Assembly (NCBI GenBank): GCA_964497185.1
Contig: CAZCBX010000006.1
Coordinates: 49,904-113,903, forward strand
Source of the DNA: an uncultured Bdellovibrionales bacterium
GTDB taxonomy: Bacteria; Bdellovibrionota_G; JALEGL01; JAGRMV01
Reading direction: 5' to 3'
Length of the DNA stretch: 64,000 nt
Program-made: the position numbers and the translations under genes
The notes under the pieces: model-generated
What the model was told of the DNA's origin: nothing
The model's input: only the letters and a program-made list of their open reading frames with translations
Databases searched by the model: none
Shown: piece by piece, positions 20,021 to 29,673 of the stretch
Layout of the letters: each line of letters opens with the position of its first letter
Position numbering within the stretch: the stretch's first letter is position 1

Positions 20021-23000
20021 TTATTTACCCATGGTTTGATTGCGCGCGTGGAGATACCAAAGGCCTATTCCTGTATACGAGCCTACAAAAAAAGTGGTTG
20101 CTGCTTTTACATTCCATAGATGATTCAAACGTTGGCGGCAGAGCAGCGATACAATGGCCTGACTTGTTAAGTAGCTAGCGCCCAACGAAGGTACCACCAT
20201 CCAGCCGCGGTTAAACATATAGTACTGAATACCTGGGGTGGTTACGCCATAATCCACCGTAGCCTGGTAACTCTCATCACCGAGGGTTAAAAATGTCCAT
20301 ATGTCTTTTTCACCTTTGGCTTTTAACACTTCTTTTTCGGCTTCTTCCTGTTTTTGTAAAAATACGCTGAACTGATCTACGACATAATCTTCCAACTCTT
20401 CATTGGTTTGCATTTGATGGGTGAGCTCTTTTTGCAAAAACCAATCAAACCACTGATCTTCGGTGGCATCCGGTGACATGCGCTGAGCTTTTTGCAAAAC
20501 ATCTTGAATGTTTTCTCGCACCGGAGCCAACGCAGGTTCTGACCAATCCAACCATGGATTGTCGGCCATGGTGATTAGTTCTGGATGCGTTTCTAAGGTT
20601 TGGAATAATTGTTTTCTAAGATTGTCGTTTTGCAACAACTTTCCATCGTGGCCCCATATCAGCGACTCACCCGCTTGAAACTCCAATGCTTCAATGGGCG
20701 CCCCTATGAATGAAAAAAAGGCAGCCTCTGAAAGCATTTTATACAAAGCGATGGGCGATACACCCGTAAATGCCAAATATCGGAGTGTGGGGGCAAAAAC
20801 ACCCTGCATACCCACTTCATGCAGGCCGCGTGTAACAAATTCGTAGTCCAGTTCATCATCATGGTGGATGGTGCTGTAGGTGCTAAATTCAATGAGGGTG
20901 GACATCCAAATCATAATTTTTGCAAGCCCTGCGTTGGCCACGGTGGTCAAAGACGAGGTGGGCGTAACACATTCACCACGAATTCTGCGATGAAAGTCAA
21001 AAGTTCGAAATGGCGCTTTCCATTGAGCCATGGATACCTGCCCTTGCGCAATCAGCTCATCCACCTTTTTTTCCAAAGAAGCCATCGCTTTTTGATAGCC
21101 ACGCCACTCAAATTGCAAATAAGTATCGCGACGGCCTGTATTTTGTAGCAAAGAAACAATGACATCCGTTTGTTCCATTTGCTTTAAGGTTTGCCGAACT
21201 TGCTTGGGCTGCAAGCTTTGCAGGGGCGCTGCAAAAGGATTGTCCTGATCAATGACTCGGTACACATTCTCAAGCGCCAAAGGTCTACCAGGCTGTGATC
21301 GAGCCAGCCGCTCCGCAGCCTGGTACTTGGCATCGATCATTCTGTAGCGTGCGTAGCGCTGCATTTGATAAGCATCCGCAAAATGATCAATGAGATAATT
21401 TCTTCGGTGCCTATAATAATAGGGATTAAGTTTGCGGTTGCCTTTGAGCCATTGTCCTAGGTTTGGTTTCGCCGATGCCGTGTGGCCAGGCCGAATATAG
21501 GCGGCCAAAGATTTATTATGGCGGCCAATCATATCCACTGCTTCTCGGAAAGCGCGAACATCCACCTCGGTTTGAATGGTTACACGGTCGAGTTGTTTGG
21601 CCAATCTTAGCCAGTCCAAATCATCCAACAAATGACTTCGCACCAACGGATGAATTAGCTTTTCCATTAAATCGTCTGGCAAAGGTGCAAACTGAGATTT
21701 TTGCCGTAAAAAGTCCCAAATCTGATTTCGGACATGCGTATACGAAATCCATTTACCTTTTTTTAAATGTCCTCTAACCCATACACCTGAAATTTTCCGA
21801 TGATAAACCATACGTCTTGCAATGTCTTGGGTTTGTGCAGGGTTAAACCAGGGCAGCGCCGAGGGTTTTTGGGCTGCTGCCACCTCGAGTCGCTCCATGA
21901 GGGCCACCAGTTTTTTTTCGGCTTGGTATATGCGTTGTGGGCTGCGATGGGTTTTGTCCAGTGCTTTCACAAGACGTTTCCATTGCATTTGTGCCAAACG
22001 CGGATGCTTTTCCAATACGTTCATAAAGCTTTGCCATGTTGATCTCCAACTTGATGGCATTTTTACGCGAAGACTGGGTTTATTTGAAGCCAAGCGCTCA
22101 AGAGGTTTGGCCGATTGATGGGGGATCTTTGAAGCGGTGGAAAGTCGAAACTTGCGGGCCAATCCAGGAAAGTCTTTTTGAACCATCGCCATCGCATTGC
22201 GCGTTTGATTGCTTACGATGTAGCGCTCAAACTCTGCCAACCACGAATAAACATTGCCATTGAGATGAGGGGCATCGGCCAATTTTTTTCCCAAAGCATG
22301 TCGAAAAAGCGGATCATGCAAAAAGGTTTCAGGTTTTAAACCCTTATCCAGTCCTGCTTTTGGATAGCGATGGGCCAATTGTTCCAATGCAGTCGTATTG
22401 CGAAAAGCGGAGAGCGAAAATTCTTTGGCAACATTGGGGAGATCTTTTTCAATCATGGCAATGGCCTGATCGGTTTGCTTTGAAATGATGTGTTTTTGAA
22501 ATTGTTCCAGCCAATCGTCCAACCCCTGGTTTGACTTAAACATTACAGCCAACCGATCCGCCATGGATGTTCGCAGCGACGGAGACCCCAAGAAATGAAC
22601 TGCCTCTTGGTTTGGCCTTAAAATTTTTCCAACTTTGGTGTGCCGGAGATTGTGTACTTGCTCCAAGGGATCTGCGATTTTGTACATCTCCTCCAAACGT
22701 AAGACGGCCTTATCAAATATTTGTTTGTAACTTTTGCTACTTTTTAACCACAGCTCTTTGACTTGCTTTAGCACGTGATTGCCAGATACGGCACCACCAA
22801 TGGCTGAGGCAATGACAAGATACGTCCACTCATGCTTGATGGAAGATCGCAAGCGTTCCAATTCCAAAGCAGCTTCCTGCCAGTCAATTTGACCCGTCGC
22901 TACGTTGGCTTCCATCAATTTTTTATGATCATACAAGTTGATCAAATTGTATGCACCATTGATCGTGTACAAACCAGAGCCCAGCACCATGGCTGGAATA

Positions 23001-25075
23001 AACAGTGATTTTCCCATGCTAAAAGGAACAAGAAGTATGGAGGCCACCATCACTGCTTTGGTGCGGTGATCACGGTTAATTTCTTCTCGAATTTGCTGGC
23101 TGTCATAATCTTGAAGTGCCAAACAAAGATAATGGCCATACTCCCTGCTTGGGCGTTGTGCAGAATACATGGCAAGGGGCACGGGAAAATGTTGGATGAT
23201 AAAGCTTAGATAATTTTCATAATCAACGTTTTGAAGCGAAACAACCGACCGATGCTCAACTTGCCATTTTTCGGTGATGGTTTGCAAGTAACTTTTCGTA
23301 TCTTCCAGAAACGTTTTTATTTGCTCAAGGTCAAGAGCCATGGGCTTTGCAGCAAACATTTCTTTGGGTTTTTTGCTGGCAAAATAAGTGTGCTCATTGA
23401 ATGTTAGAGGAGCAAATTGTTTGTCTTTCCGATATGGCTCAAGCAATTTCAAGAAAGCGTCATTGTAGTGAACCGGTCCAAAAGCCGTACCTTCCTGCAT
23501 ACAACGCTCAAAAGGTGTATGGTCATAGACGCCCAGCATTTTTCGCAATTTGGATGATCCCATCAATACTTCAAAAAATGGGTGATGAATCAGTGAACTT
23601 GTTCGATTTTGAAAGCGTTGATCATAATTATGAAGCTCTGCCTTGGACAAAAGCTGGTACTCTTGGCTGGAAACCCCTTCCTGCAGACAATATTGATTGA
23701 CTCGGGTCATCTCTTGCCCAAGCCATGCTATATCTTGCACCAATTGTGCCGCATCCCAATGATGATCTTGGTATGCTTGATGGTGAATTTTTAGCATCGG
23801 TTCAAGTTCTTTAAACCGATGCTCCTCACAATATGGCGTATCCAACTCGCAGACAAAATGACGAAACACATTCTTAAAATGCTCCCATGATTGAATTTGA
23901 TAGTGCTCGCCCTCGAGAGCCGACTGATAGGAATCATTGAGCATATGCTGCATGGCCAAATGCGCCACAACCCAAGGGTGCATGTCTTGTGCAATGTCGG
24001 CTTTAAATTTCGCGTACCGATTTTCTTGTTTAAATTCATCTCCGGGTAACAATACAGGTGCTGGCATGATCTGTGCCTGAATTTGAGAATCCAGTTCAAC
24101 CAATTCTTTGCGCGACATGTGAACCGTAACCGTTGAAGCAGGCAACCACAAATCAGAAGGCTGCCAAGTCTGATCTTGTTCAGTAGGCACCTCAGGGCTG
24201 CGCTGCTGGGCATAGACTTGATAAAGTTGACGGACGTACGTTTGATTGTGAATTTGTTGTGGTTTGTAATACGTTTGCTGTTCAACGCTGATTGAAGCTT
24301 TCTGAACCTGCTGTGTAAATAGGTTTCCCCTTAGAGAACAGCTTTGCAGCTCTTGTTGAAAACCCAGCACATGGACGGAAAAATTTTGTGCCTTTGATGC
24401 AAGCTTTGTTTGAAAATCCTGCAACATATGGGCATAGGCATAATAAAAAAGCTCTTGGTCAGCGCTGTTGCGCGCCACCGACTTTACAGCTTGTTCAATT
24501 TTTTCACTTTGGTTGGCTAGAAAATCAATTTCCTGATTATACGTTTTAAAATCGTAGCGACTTGTGGCTCCTTTTTGCAAACACTGATCTCTATATTTTT
24601 GATTTTCCATCAGCGGCAAATCAAAATACGCGTGGGGTTGGATTTGACACCGCTGCTTTTCAATAAAAATTGTATTTTGTACATCCTGCATCACAAAGCT
24701 GACGATTTCTGCCTGGCAATAAAGCGGCTCATACAACACAGGATGCGCTGCAAAGTGTCCATGGCATGCTTCTGGCCGATCCAAACACTGCTTAAGAAAA
24801 AGTGCAGTGGCGTGCAAGGGTTTGGTCAGCCATAGCCCTTGTGCAAACGTGTGAAGGGAAGTTTGATAATCCTCTACCACTTTTTTTACATTGTAATGGC
24901 GGCCATACTCAAAGGTTTGATCCAGCACGGCCATCGGGTTTTGTCCATTGCTGTACAAATACCCTTGTTCGATCATTCTCTGTTTACAAGCAGGTGAGAG
25001 CGTGGGTGCTGTGTCCCCAAAAACGCTGGATGCTGAAAACATCAGTGTACAAATCAATAAAATAAAACGATGCAT
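20021..25075 (-). CDS. Very large (1684 aa) secreted hypothetical protein
   Basis: Signal peptide MHRFILLICTLMFSASSVFG; central and C-terminal hydrophobic helices; internal 62-aa duplication. Confidence 0.85.
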   Translation of the reverse strand: MHRFILLICTLMFSASSVFGDTAPTLSPACKQRMIEQGYLYSNGQNPMAVLDQTFEYGRHYNVKKVVEDYQTSLHTFAQGLWLTKPLHATALFLKQCLDRPEACHGHFAAHPVLYEPLYCQAEIVSFVMQDVQNTIFIEKQRCQIQPHAYFDLPLMENQKYRDQCLQKGATSRYDFKTYNQEIDFLANQSEKIEQAVKSVARNSADQELFYYAYAHMLQDFQTKLASKAQNFSVHVLGFQQELQSCSLRGNLFTQQVQKASISVEQQTYYKPQQIHNQTYVRQLYQVYAQQRSPEVPTEQDQTWQPSDLWLPASTVTVHMSRKELVELDSQIQAQIMPAPVLLPGDEFKQENRYAKFKADIAQDMHPWVVAHLAMQHMLNDSYQSALEGEHYQIQSWEHFKNVFRHFVCELDTPYCEEHRFKELEPMLKIHHQAYQDHHWDAAQLVQDIAWLGQEMTRVNQYCLQEGVSSQEYQLLSKAELHNYDQRFQNRTSSLIHHPFFEVLMGSSKLRKMLGVYDHTPFERCMQEGTAFGPVHYNDAFLKLLEPYRKDKQFAPLTFNEHTYFASKKPKEMFAAKPMALDLEQIKTFLEDTKSYLQTITEKWQVEHRSVVSLQNVDYENYLSFIIQHFPVPLAMYSAQRPSREYGHYLCLALQDYDSQQIREEINRDHRTKAVMVASILLVPFSMGKSLFIPAMVLGSGLYTINGAYNLINLYDHKKLMEANVATGQIDWQEAALELERLRSSIKHEWTYLVIASAIGGAVSGNHVLKQVKELWLKSSKSYKQIFDKAVLRLEEMYKIADPLEQVHNLRHTKVGKILRPNQEAVHFLGSPSLRTSMADRLAVMFKSNQGLDDWLEQFQKHIISKQTDQAIAMIEKDLPNVAKEFSLSAFRNTTALEQLAHRYPKAGLDKGLKPETFLHDPLFRHALGKKLADAPHLNGNVYSWLAEFERYIVSNQTRNAMAMVQKDFPGLARKFRLSTASKIPHQSAKPLERLASNKPSLRVKMPSSWRSTWQSFMNVLEKHPRLAQMQWKRLVKALDKTHRSPQRIYQAEKKLVALMERLEVAAAQKPSALPWFNPAQTQDIARRMVYHRKISGVWVRGHLKKGKWISYTHVRNQIWDFLRQKSQFAPLPDDLMEKLIHPLVRSHLLDDLDWLRLAKQLDRVTIQTEVDVRAFREAVDMIGRHNKSLAAYIRPGHTASAKPNLGQWLKGNRKLNPYYYRHRRNYLIDHFADAYQMQRYARYRMIDAKYQAAERLARSQPGRPLALENVYRVIDQDNPFAAPLQSLQPKQVRQTLKQMEQTDVIVSLLQNTGRRDTYLQFEWRGYQKAMASLEKKVDELIAQGQVSMAQWKAPFRTFDFHRRIRGECVTPTSSLTTVANAGLAKIMIWMSTLIEFSTYSTIHHDDELDYEFVTRGLHEVGMQGVFAPTLRYLAFTGVSPIALYKMLSEAAFFSFIGAPIEALEFQAGESLIWGHDGKLLQNDNLRKQLFQTLETHPELITMADNPWLDWSEPALAPVRENIQDVLQKAQRMSPDATEDQWFDWFLQKELTHQMQTNEELEDYVVDQFSVFLQKQEEAEKEVLKAKGEKDIWTFLTLGDESYQATVDYGVTTPGIQYYMFNRGWMVVPSLGASYLTSQAIVSLLCRQRLNHLWNVKAATTFFVGSYTGIGLWYLHARNQTMGK

Positions 25076-25282
25076 GTATGGCCTATAAATAATGGATAAA
25101 ATAATGGAGATCGTCCGTGGTTTCCTGAAAAAGCATCGAGTCAGCTGAAGGTGGACGAAAGAAACCCAGCGCTTCTAAAAAGACTTTTTCAGGTTCATCA
25201 TTGGCGTGGGCATGATGATAAGAGGATTTGGATAAGCTGCTTGAACCATAACGCAATCCTTATCGAATAAATCGGCACCGTG

Positions 25283-26398
25283 TCAAGCGCCAAACGTTGT
25301 TTTTTTGTGGTGTTTCCAAAACGAATAAAACCGCCGAAAACTTTTGGCTTTCACATCAAACATCCACGTGCGTGCGTTTGCTTGCCCCTGCCAATGGTCC
25401 ACCAAAGGATAGGCTTTGTAATAAATGCTGCCTTTGCACCTGGCTTGAAAATCCTTAAAATTTTCTACGTAAAGCTCCACCCCTGGCAAAATGGACTGCG
25501 CCAGGGACCACAGCCATTGCAACCTTTTGGGCGACATGGGAAATCGATCCAAAAGATCCGGTTCAATCAATAACACATGCACCCCCTGCTCCGGTTTGCT
25601 GCGCCAATCGGGATCCAAATTCCATAAATGATGCAAGCAAACATCTTGGGTAAAGACAAGCGTCTGCATGATATTTTTTGGCCACGTCATGGTGTCAATT
25701 TGCCAAGCTTCACGCGTTTGCCAAGTGGCCGGTGGCGTGGCATGGGCAATGTTTTCATAGTCCACATCCAGCCACGTTCCTTGCTGCTGCTGACGGCTGT
25801 ATTTGTTGATGTTGTCTTGATTAAACCAATAGGGTTTGTTGGAAAAGGTGGCAGCCACCCACTGCCAGCTCAACGTATTGGAGGCCAAATCTCCATCCAT
25901 CAAGTGATAATGCAACCACGCACTGCCTGTTTTCCAGTCGGTTTTGGCAAAGTTGCATGCCAAACTGGCAGTCCACATGCGCGCATGATTGTGCATGGCA
26001 CCAGTATCAAAAAGTTTTTGCAACACTTGATTCATGACAACAATGTTCGTATTGGCATTTAGCAGTACTGCAGGCAGCTGCTCGCAGGCTTCTGTCTGAG
26101 CGCTTTCCATGTTTTGAAAAATATCATTGCCATGGTGCAACCAAACGTGATGAAAAAATTCACGCCAGGCCAATTCAAAAATGAGTTTTTCACATGTCTC
26201 CCATGATGCATGTTTTAAAACATGCTCAGCGATTTGTTTGGTGTTGATGACGCCATGGGTTAGGTATGGGCTAAGCCACGTCACGGCCCCATCCAAAAAA
26301 TTGCGCGTGCGTGCATAGGCTGCTGGATCAATTTTGGCAATGCGCTGCTGAATTTCTGGCAATGAAATTGGGAAAATGGCTGTATCTGATGCGTTCAT
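25283..26398 (-). CDS. DNA photolyase-like protein with N-terminal FAD-binding domain (inverted topology)
   Basis: YARTRNFLDGAVTWLSPYLTHG, ELAWREFF, MHNHARMW.AS, DGDLASNTLSWQW in the N-terminal half. Confidence 0.88.
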   Translation of the reverse strand: MNASDTAIFPISLPEIQQRIAKIDPAAYARTRNFLDGAVTWLSPYLTHGVINTKQIAEHVLKHASWETCEKLIFELAWREFFHHVWLHHGNDIFQNMESAQTEACEQLPAVLLNANTNIVVMNQVLQKLFDTGAMHNHARMWTASLACNFAKTDWKTGSAWLHYHLMDGDLASNTLSWQWVAATFSNKPYWFNQDNINKYSRQQQQGTWLDVDYENIAHATPPATWQTREAWQIDTMTWPKNIMQTLVFTQDVCLHHLWNLDPDWRSKPEQGVHVLLIEPDLLDRFPMSPKRLQWLWSLAQSILPGVELYVENFKDFQARCKGSIYYKAYPLVDHWQGQANARTWMFDVKAKSFRRFYSFWKHHKKTTFGA

Positions 26399-26637
26399 GA
26401 TTCATCTTTCTGTCCATTTTGACTCGAACGACGACAGCGCTCTGAACAATACTTTATCTCATCCCACTGCCCCCGCTGAGCCCATTTTTTTCGATTTTCA
26501 AAAGGCAACCCACAGGTTTTACAAATTTTTGTTTCCTTCACTTTTGCCCTTTTGGCCATGCTCTATATTTATAAGATATTGAAATAATTGCAAACATAGC
26601 CATTGAACTTTCAAAAATTTTTGAATATATTGAATCC

Positions 26638-27135
26638 ATGAACAGCCCCTCTCTTCGCATATTTGCTCTGCTGAGTCTTTGCGTGCCCTTGCTTATAGGC
26701 TGCTTAGAGGAAACCAATCAACACGTTTCCAACATGGACCAAAATATGGCCAAAATGGCTCAGAGCATGCAAGCCATGAGCGCAAGCGTGCAAGACATCA
26801 ATCTCACGGCTGAGGAAGGTTTATCTAAAATGGATAAACGGATTCAATCATTTGAAAGAGTGTTTCAAAGTGCTGTGGAGCAATTGAGTTTCATGGCGGA
26901 TACGGTGGCCAAACTAGATCGCTTGCTTGAACTTATTGTGTATGTGGAAAAGATGGCCGTTAGTCTAGAAGGTATGGGCGAATCAGTTGAAAAATTAGAA
27001 GTCCTCATTCGCATCGCCGAAGAGCTCGCTGACAAATTAGGCGTCAACTTAGAGGAGTACTTTGAAAATCCAGGCACTCCAACAAAAACAACCGATGAAA
27101 TCGAAGAGGACTTGGGACAAGAATATGATGTTTAA
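26638..27135 (+). CDS. Hypothetical coiled-coil lipoprotein
   Basis: Lipobox LIGC; heptad, Met-rich helix; acidic tail. Confidence 0.7.
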   Translation: MNSPSLRIFALLSLCVPLLIGCLEETNQHVSNMDQNMAKMAQSMQAMSASVQDINLTAEEGLSKMDKRIQSFERVFQSAVEQLSFMADTVAKLDRLLELIVYVEKMAVSLEGMGESVEKLEVLIRIAEELADKLGVNLEEYFENPGTPTKTTDEIEEDLGQEYDV

Positions 27136-27841
27136 ATATAAATGGATGTTGTACGGGTGCATGATTGTTTGGCTTAGCGCCTTCAGCACACTGAGCCACG
27201 CAGAGATTGATATCGAAAACAGTTACACAGTCTGCTCCATCCAAAATAAAGCAATGATTGAGAAAAAGCTTTCGTCATTCGACAAGTTTCAAAAGATTGA
27301 TCAACCAAAAAGCGAAGCTGGCTTTTTGGACGTCTTTGATATGGAAAGCTTTGACAAAGCCAATCTAATTCGTTCAAAACCCATGGACAACGACCCAGAA
27401 CTGGTCCACTTTGTGATTCAACCTGGGTTCATCATCAATCGACTCAAGATGCAGCACCCGTTAAGCAAGGATGATCGGCCTCAATTTTATGCGAAATGTT
27501 CTTTCATTAAATCCACCGATCAACTTGCATTGGAGTGCTCTCAAGATCATACAAAAACAAAATTTGCGGTGGATGCTTTCAACATGAAAATTGTAAGCAA
27601 AACTGATGCAACGTGCCCCCAGAATCAACGTCTCTTCATTGGGTACGAAATTCGTATTAACGAAGGAGACTACATGACCATTAAAAATAAATTTTCTCGC
27701 ATGAAACGAGGAAATATGATTGTTGATCGTGTGATTGACTACTTATTGGAAGAATTTGAAGAACCAACTGATTTCTTTGAAAACTACTGGAGCGATTTTT
27801 TTCCGGCTTGGGATCAATCCAACGATTGGGTTCGTGGTTAA
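27125..27841 (+). CDS. Hypothetical secreted protein
   Basis: Signal peptide MMFKYKWMLYGCMIVWLSAFSTLSHA; start overlaps the end of the upstream gene. Confidence 0.7.
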   Translation: MMFKYKWMLYGCMIVWLSAFSTLSHAEIDIENSYTVCSIQNKAMIEKKLSSFDKFQKIDQPKSEAGFLDVFDMESFDKANLIRSKPMDNDPELVHFVIQPGFIINRLKMQHPLSKDDRPQFYAKCSFIKSTDQLALECSQDHTKTKFAVDAFNMKIVSKTDATCPQNQRLFIGYEIRINEGDYMTIKNKFSRMKRGNMIVDRVIDYLLEEFEEPTDFFENYWSDFFPAWDQSNDWVRG

Positions 27842-27981
27842 AAAGCTTTTTTATTCAAACTTAACCTAACACTTTGGCTCAAACCCTTACGCTCAAAGCA
27901 ACATAAAAAATAATACTGGCATGCTTTCCCGGCACCTCTAACATACTTTATGACTGGCTTTTAAAAACCGATGGGTGGCCC

Positions 27982-28054
27982 GGTAGCGTTAGGCCCTTTC
28001 AGGCAAATAAAGCGCAGCGGAGCGAGCCATTGCCTGAAAGGGCCTAACGCTACC
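27982..28054. repeat. Perfect 25-bp-arm palindrome, same loop family as 15003-15081
   Basis: GGTAGCGTTAGGCCCTTTCAGGCAA-ATAAAGCGCAGCGGAGCGAGCCA-TTGCCTGAAAGGGCCTAACGCTACC. Confidence 0.92.
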
Positions 28055-28110
28055 TAAAGTACTCCCATCTGCACAACAGAACCGCGAGCAAACAAACCAG
28101 ATAAGCACTC

Positions 28111-28965
28111 TTAGTAAACCCAATAAGCCACCCCCATCAATACCAACATCCCATCGAGCAGCCCCTCAAAAAGCCAGATCGAACGTCGACCACTGGCGTA
28201 CAAGGCCAAGGCCAAGCTCAAAACTTGAATAAAAATAAAAAGTAAAAGCAGCGTGGCTGTGATTACACGATGCTGCCACAGAAAGTACGCCCCTCGGCTG
28301 GCGATAAGCGTGAGCACAATCAGCACCCATGGATGGTGGCGGGCGGGAAGTGTTTGGCCTATGGTTTTCATGGAGGGTACATCCAGCTGCTGGTCCCGAA
28401 TGTCAAACGGAATGGTTAGCACCGTAATCCAACAAAAAATCATGGCTGCGTATACCGATGTCTCAAACTCTTGAAAATGTTGCCACTGCACCCATGGCAA
28501 CATGGCAATGGAGGTCCATACCAGCGCCACCAACACGATTTTAATGCGAGGGATGCTTCGCAGTCCATGAAGATTTTTACGCCCCATGGACAAACGCATG
28601 GCATAAAAAACCGCTGGCATTGCAAAAGCCCAAAGCCAAACCAGTACAGGACGGTTCCATAAAAGCCAAACCCCAATGCCTGCAATCCCTAGCGCCGCGA
28701 CCACACCATAACGGGACAACCAAGGCCATGGCGAATTTGGACCAAAGCCAGACCACCGTCCCAAGGGTTTTTGCATGCGGTACAAAAACCAAGTGCCTAC
28801 AAAAACCAAAAAAACCAAGGAACTCGAAACAGCCACCCCAGCCACGCGATAGGAAAAAACAAGCAGCCCAACTGCGCCCATTGCCATCCAAAGCCGTTGA
28901 ACAATCATCCATTTCCATACGGTGGTCATTCCATTCACCATGGTTAGCAGCCTATCGGATGGCAC
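28111..28965 (-). CDS. UbiA prenyltransferase-like membrane protein
   Basis: LRSIPRIKIVLVALVWT and TIPFDIRD..LD...MKTI motifs; multiple TM segments. Confidence 0.6.
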   Translation of the reverse strand: MPSDRLLTMVNGMTTVWKWMIVQRLWMAMGAVGLLVFSYRVAGVAVSSSLVFLVFVGTWFLYRMQKPLGRWSGFGPNSPWPWLSRYGVVAALGIAGIGVWLLWNRPVLVWLWAFAMPAVFYAMRLSMGRKNLHGLRSIPRIKIVLVALVWTSIAMLPWVQWQHFQEFETSVYAAMIFCWITVLTIPFDIRDQQLDVPSMKTIGQTLPARHHPWVLIVLTLIASRGAYFLWQHRVITATLLLLFIFIQVLSLALALYASGRRSIWLFEGLLDGMLVLMGVAYWVY

Positions 28966-29070
28966 ATAGAATGTCGAAATCTCAGCGATGAAAAAACATT
29001 TTTTACCTCTTCATAAGCCACAAAAAAAGGCTTGGCAGGTGTGGACCTAGGACAAAATGGGTCGTCTTTT

Positions 29071-29652
29071 ATGCTCAAGCCTGCTAAAACAAAAAACATG
29101 GCCTTACCCAGCAATCAGCTTCCAGAGGATCTTTCTCTTTCGCAAGAAGAGCTATTGTTTTGTGCCGTCATTGAAGAGCTGGTGGAACAATGGGGCTTTA
29201 AACGATTGGTCGCACGCGTTTGGTCCCTGCTCTATTTAAGACGTGTGCCTTTGAATCAAAGTCAAATCGAAGAAGCATTGGGCCTGTCCAAAGGCAATGT
29301 CAATGGTCTATTGCAAGAGTTGCTGCGTTGGGGCGTGGCACAAAAGGTTCGCCTTCCCAATGACCGCAACTATTATTATGAAGTCGACAAACACATTTGG
29401 AAATCGGTGGCGCATGTGATTCAAGCCAGAGAACTTAGAATTTTAAACGATGCCATCGCACGTTTGGGCGAAATGCAAGAAGCCCTACAAAAAGCCGATA
29501 AAACTGAGCGCATTGCCCATCAAATTGAGCGGGCCCAGCATGTTCAAGATGCCATTGCCACCGCCCAAACCCTTACACAGATGTTGGTGGGTGCTTCGCC
29601 GGAAAAACTCGCGCGGGTCAGTAAAATTGTCTCTCGCTTGCGCAATCTATAA
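29071..29652 (+). CDS. GbsR/MarR family transcriptional regulator
   Basis: WGFKRLVARVWSLLYL...LNQSQIEEALGLSKGNVNGLLQELLRWG...DRNYYY winged HTH. Confidence 0.85.
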   Translation: MLKPAKTKNMALPSNQLPEDLSLSQEELLFCAVIEELVEQWGFKRLVARVWSLLYLRRVPLNQSQIEEALGLSKGNVNGLLQELLRWGVAQKVRLPNDRNYYYEVDKHIWKSVAHVIQARELRILNDAIARLGEMQEALQKADKTERIAHQIERAQHVQDAIATAQTLTQMLVGASPEKLARVSKIVSRLRNL

Positions 29653-29673
29653 CTTCCAGCCTATACTCTCAAC

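Noticed and set aside
25083-25256. Possible 57-aa minus-strand ORF (TTG start, MRYGSSSLSKSSYHHAHAND...) between the photolyase and the giant protein
   Set aside because: The AAGGA is directly adjacent to the start with no spacing and there is no recognisable motif; it cannot be supported from sequence alone.
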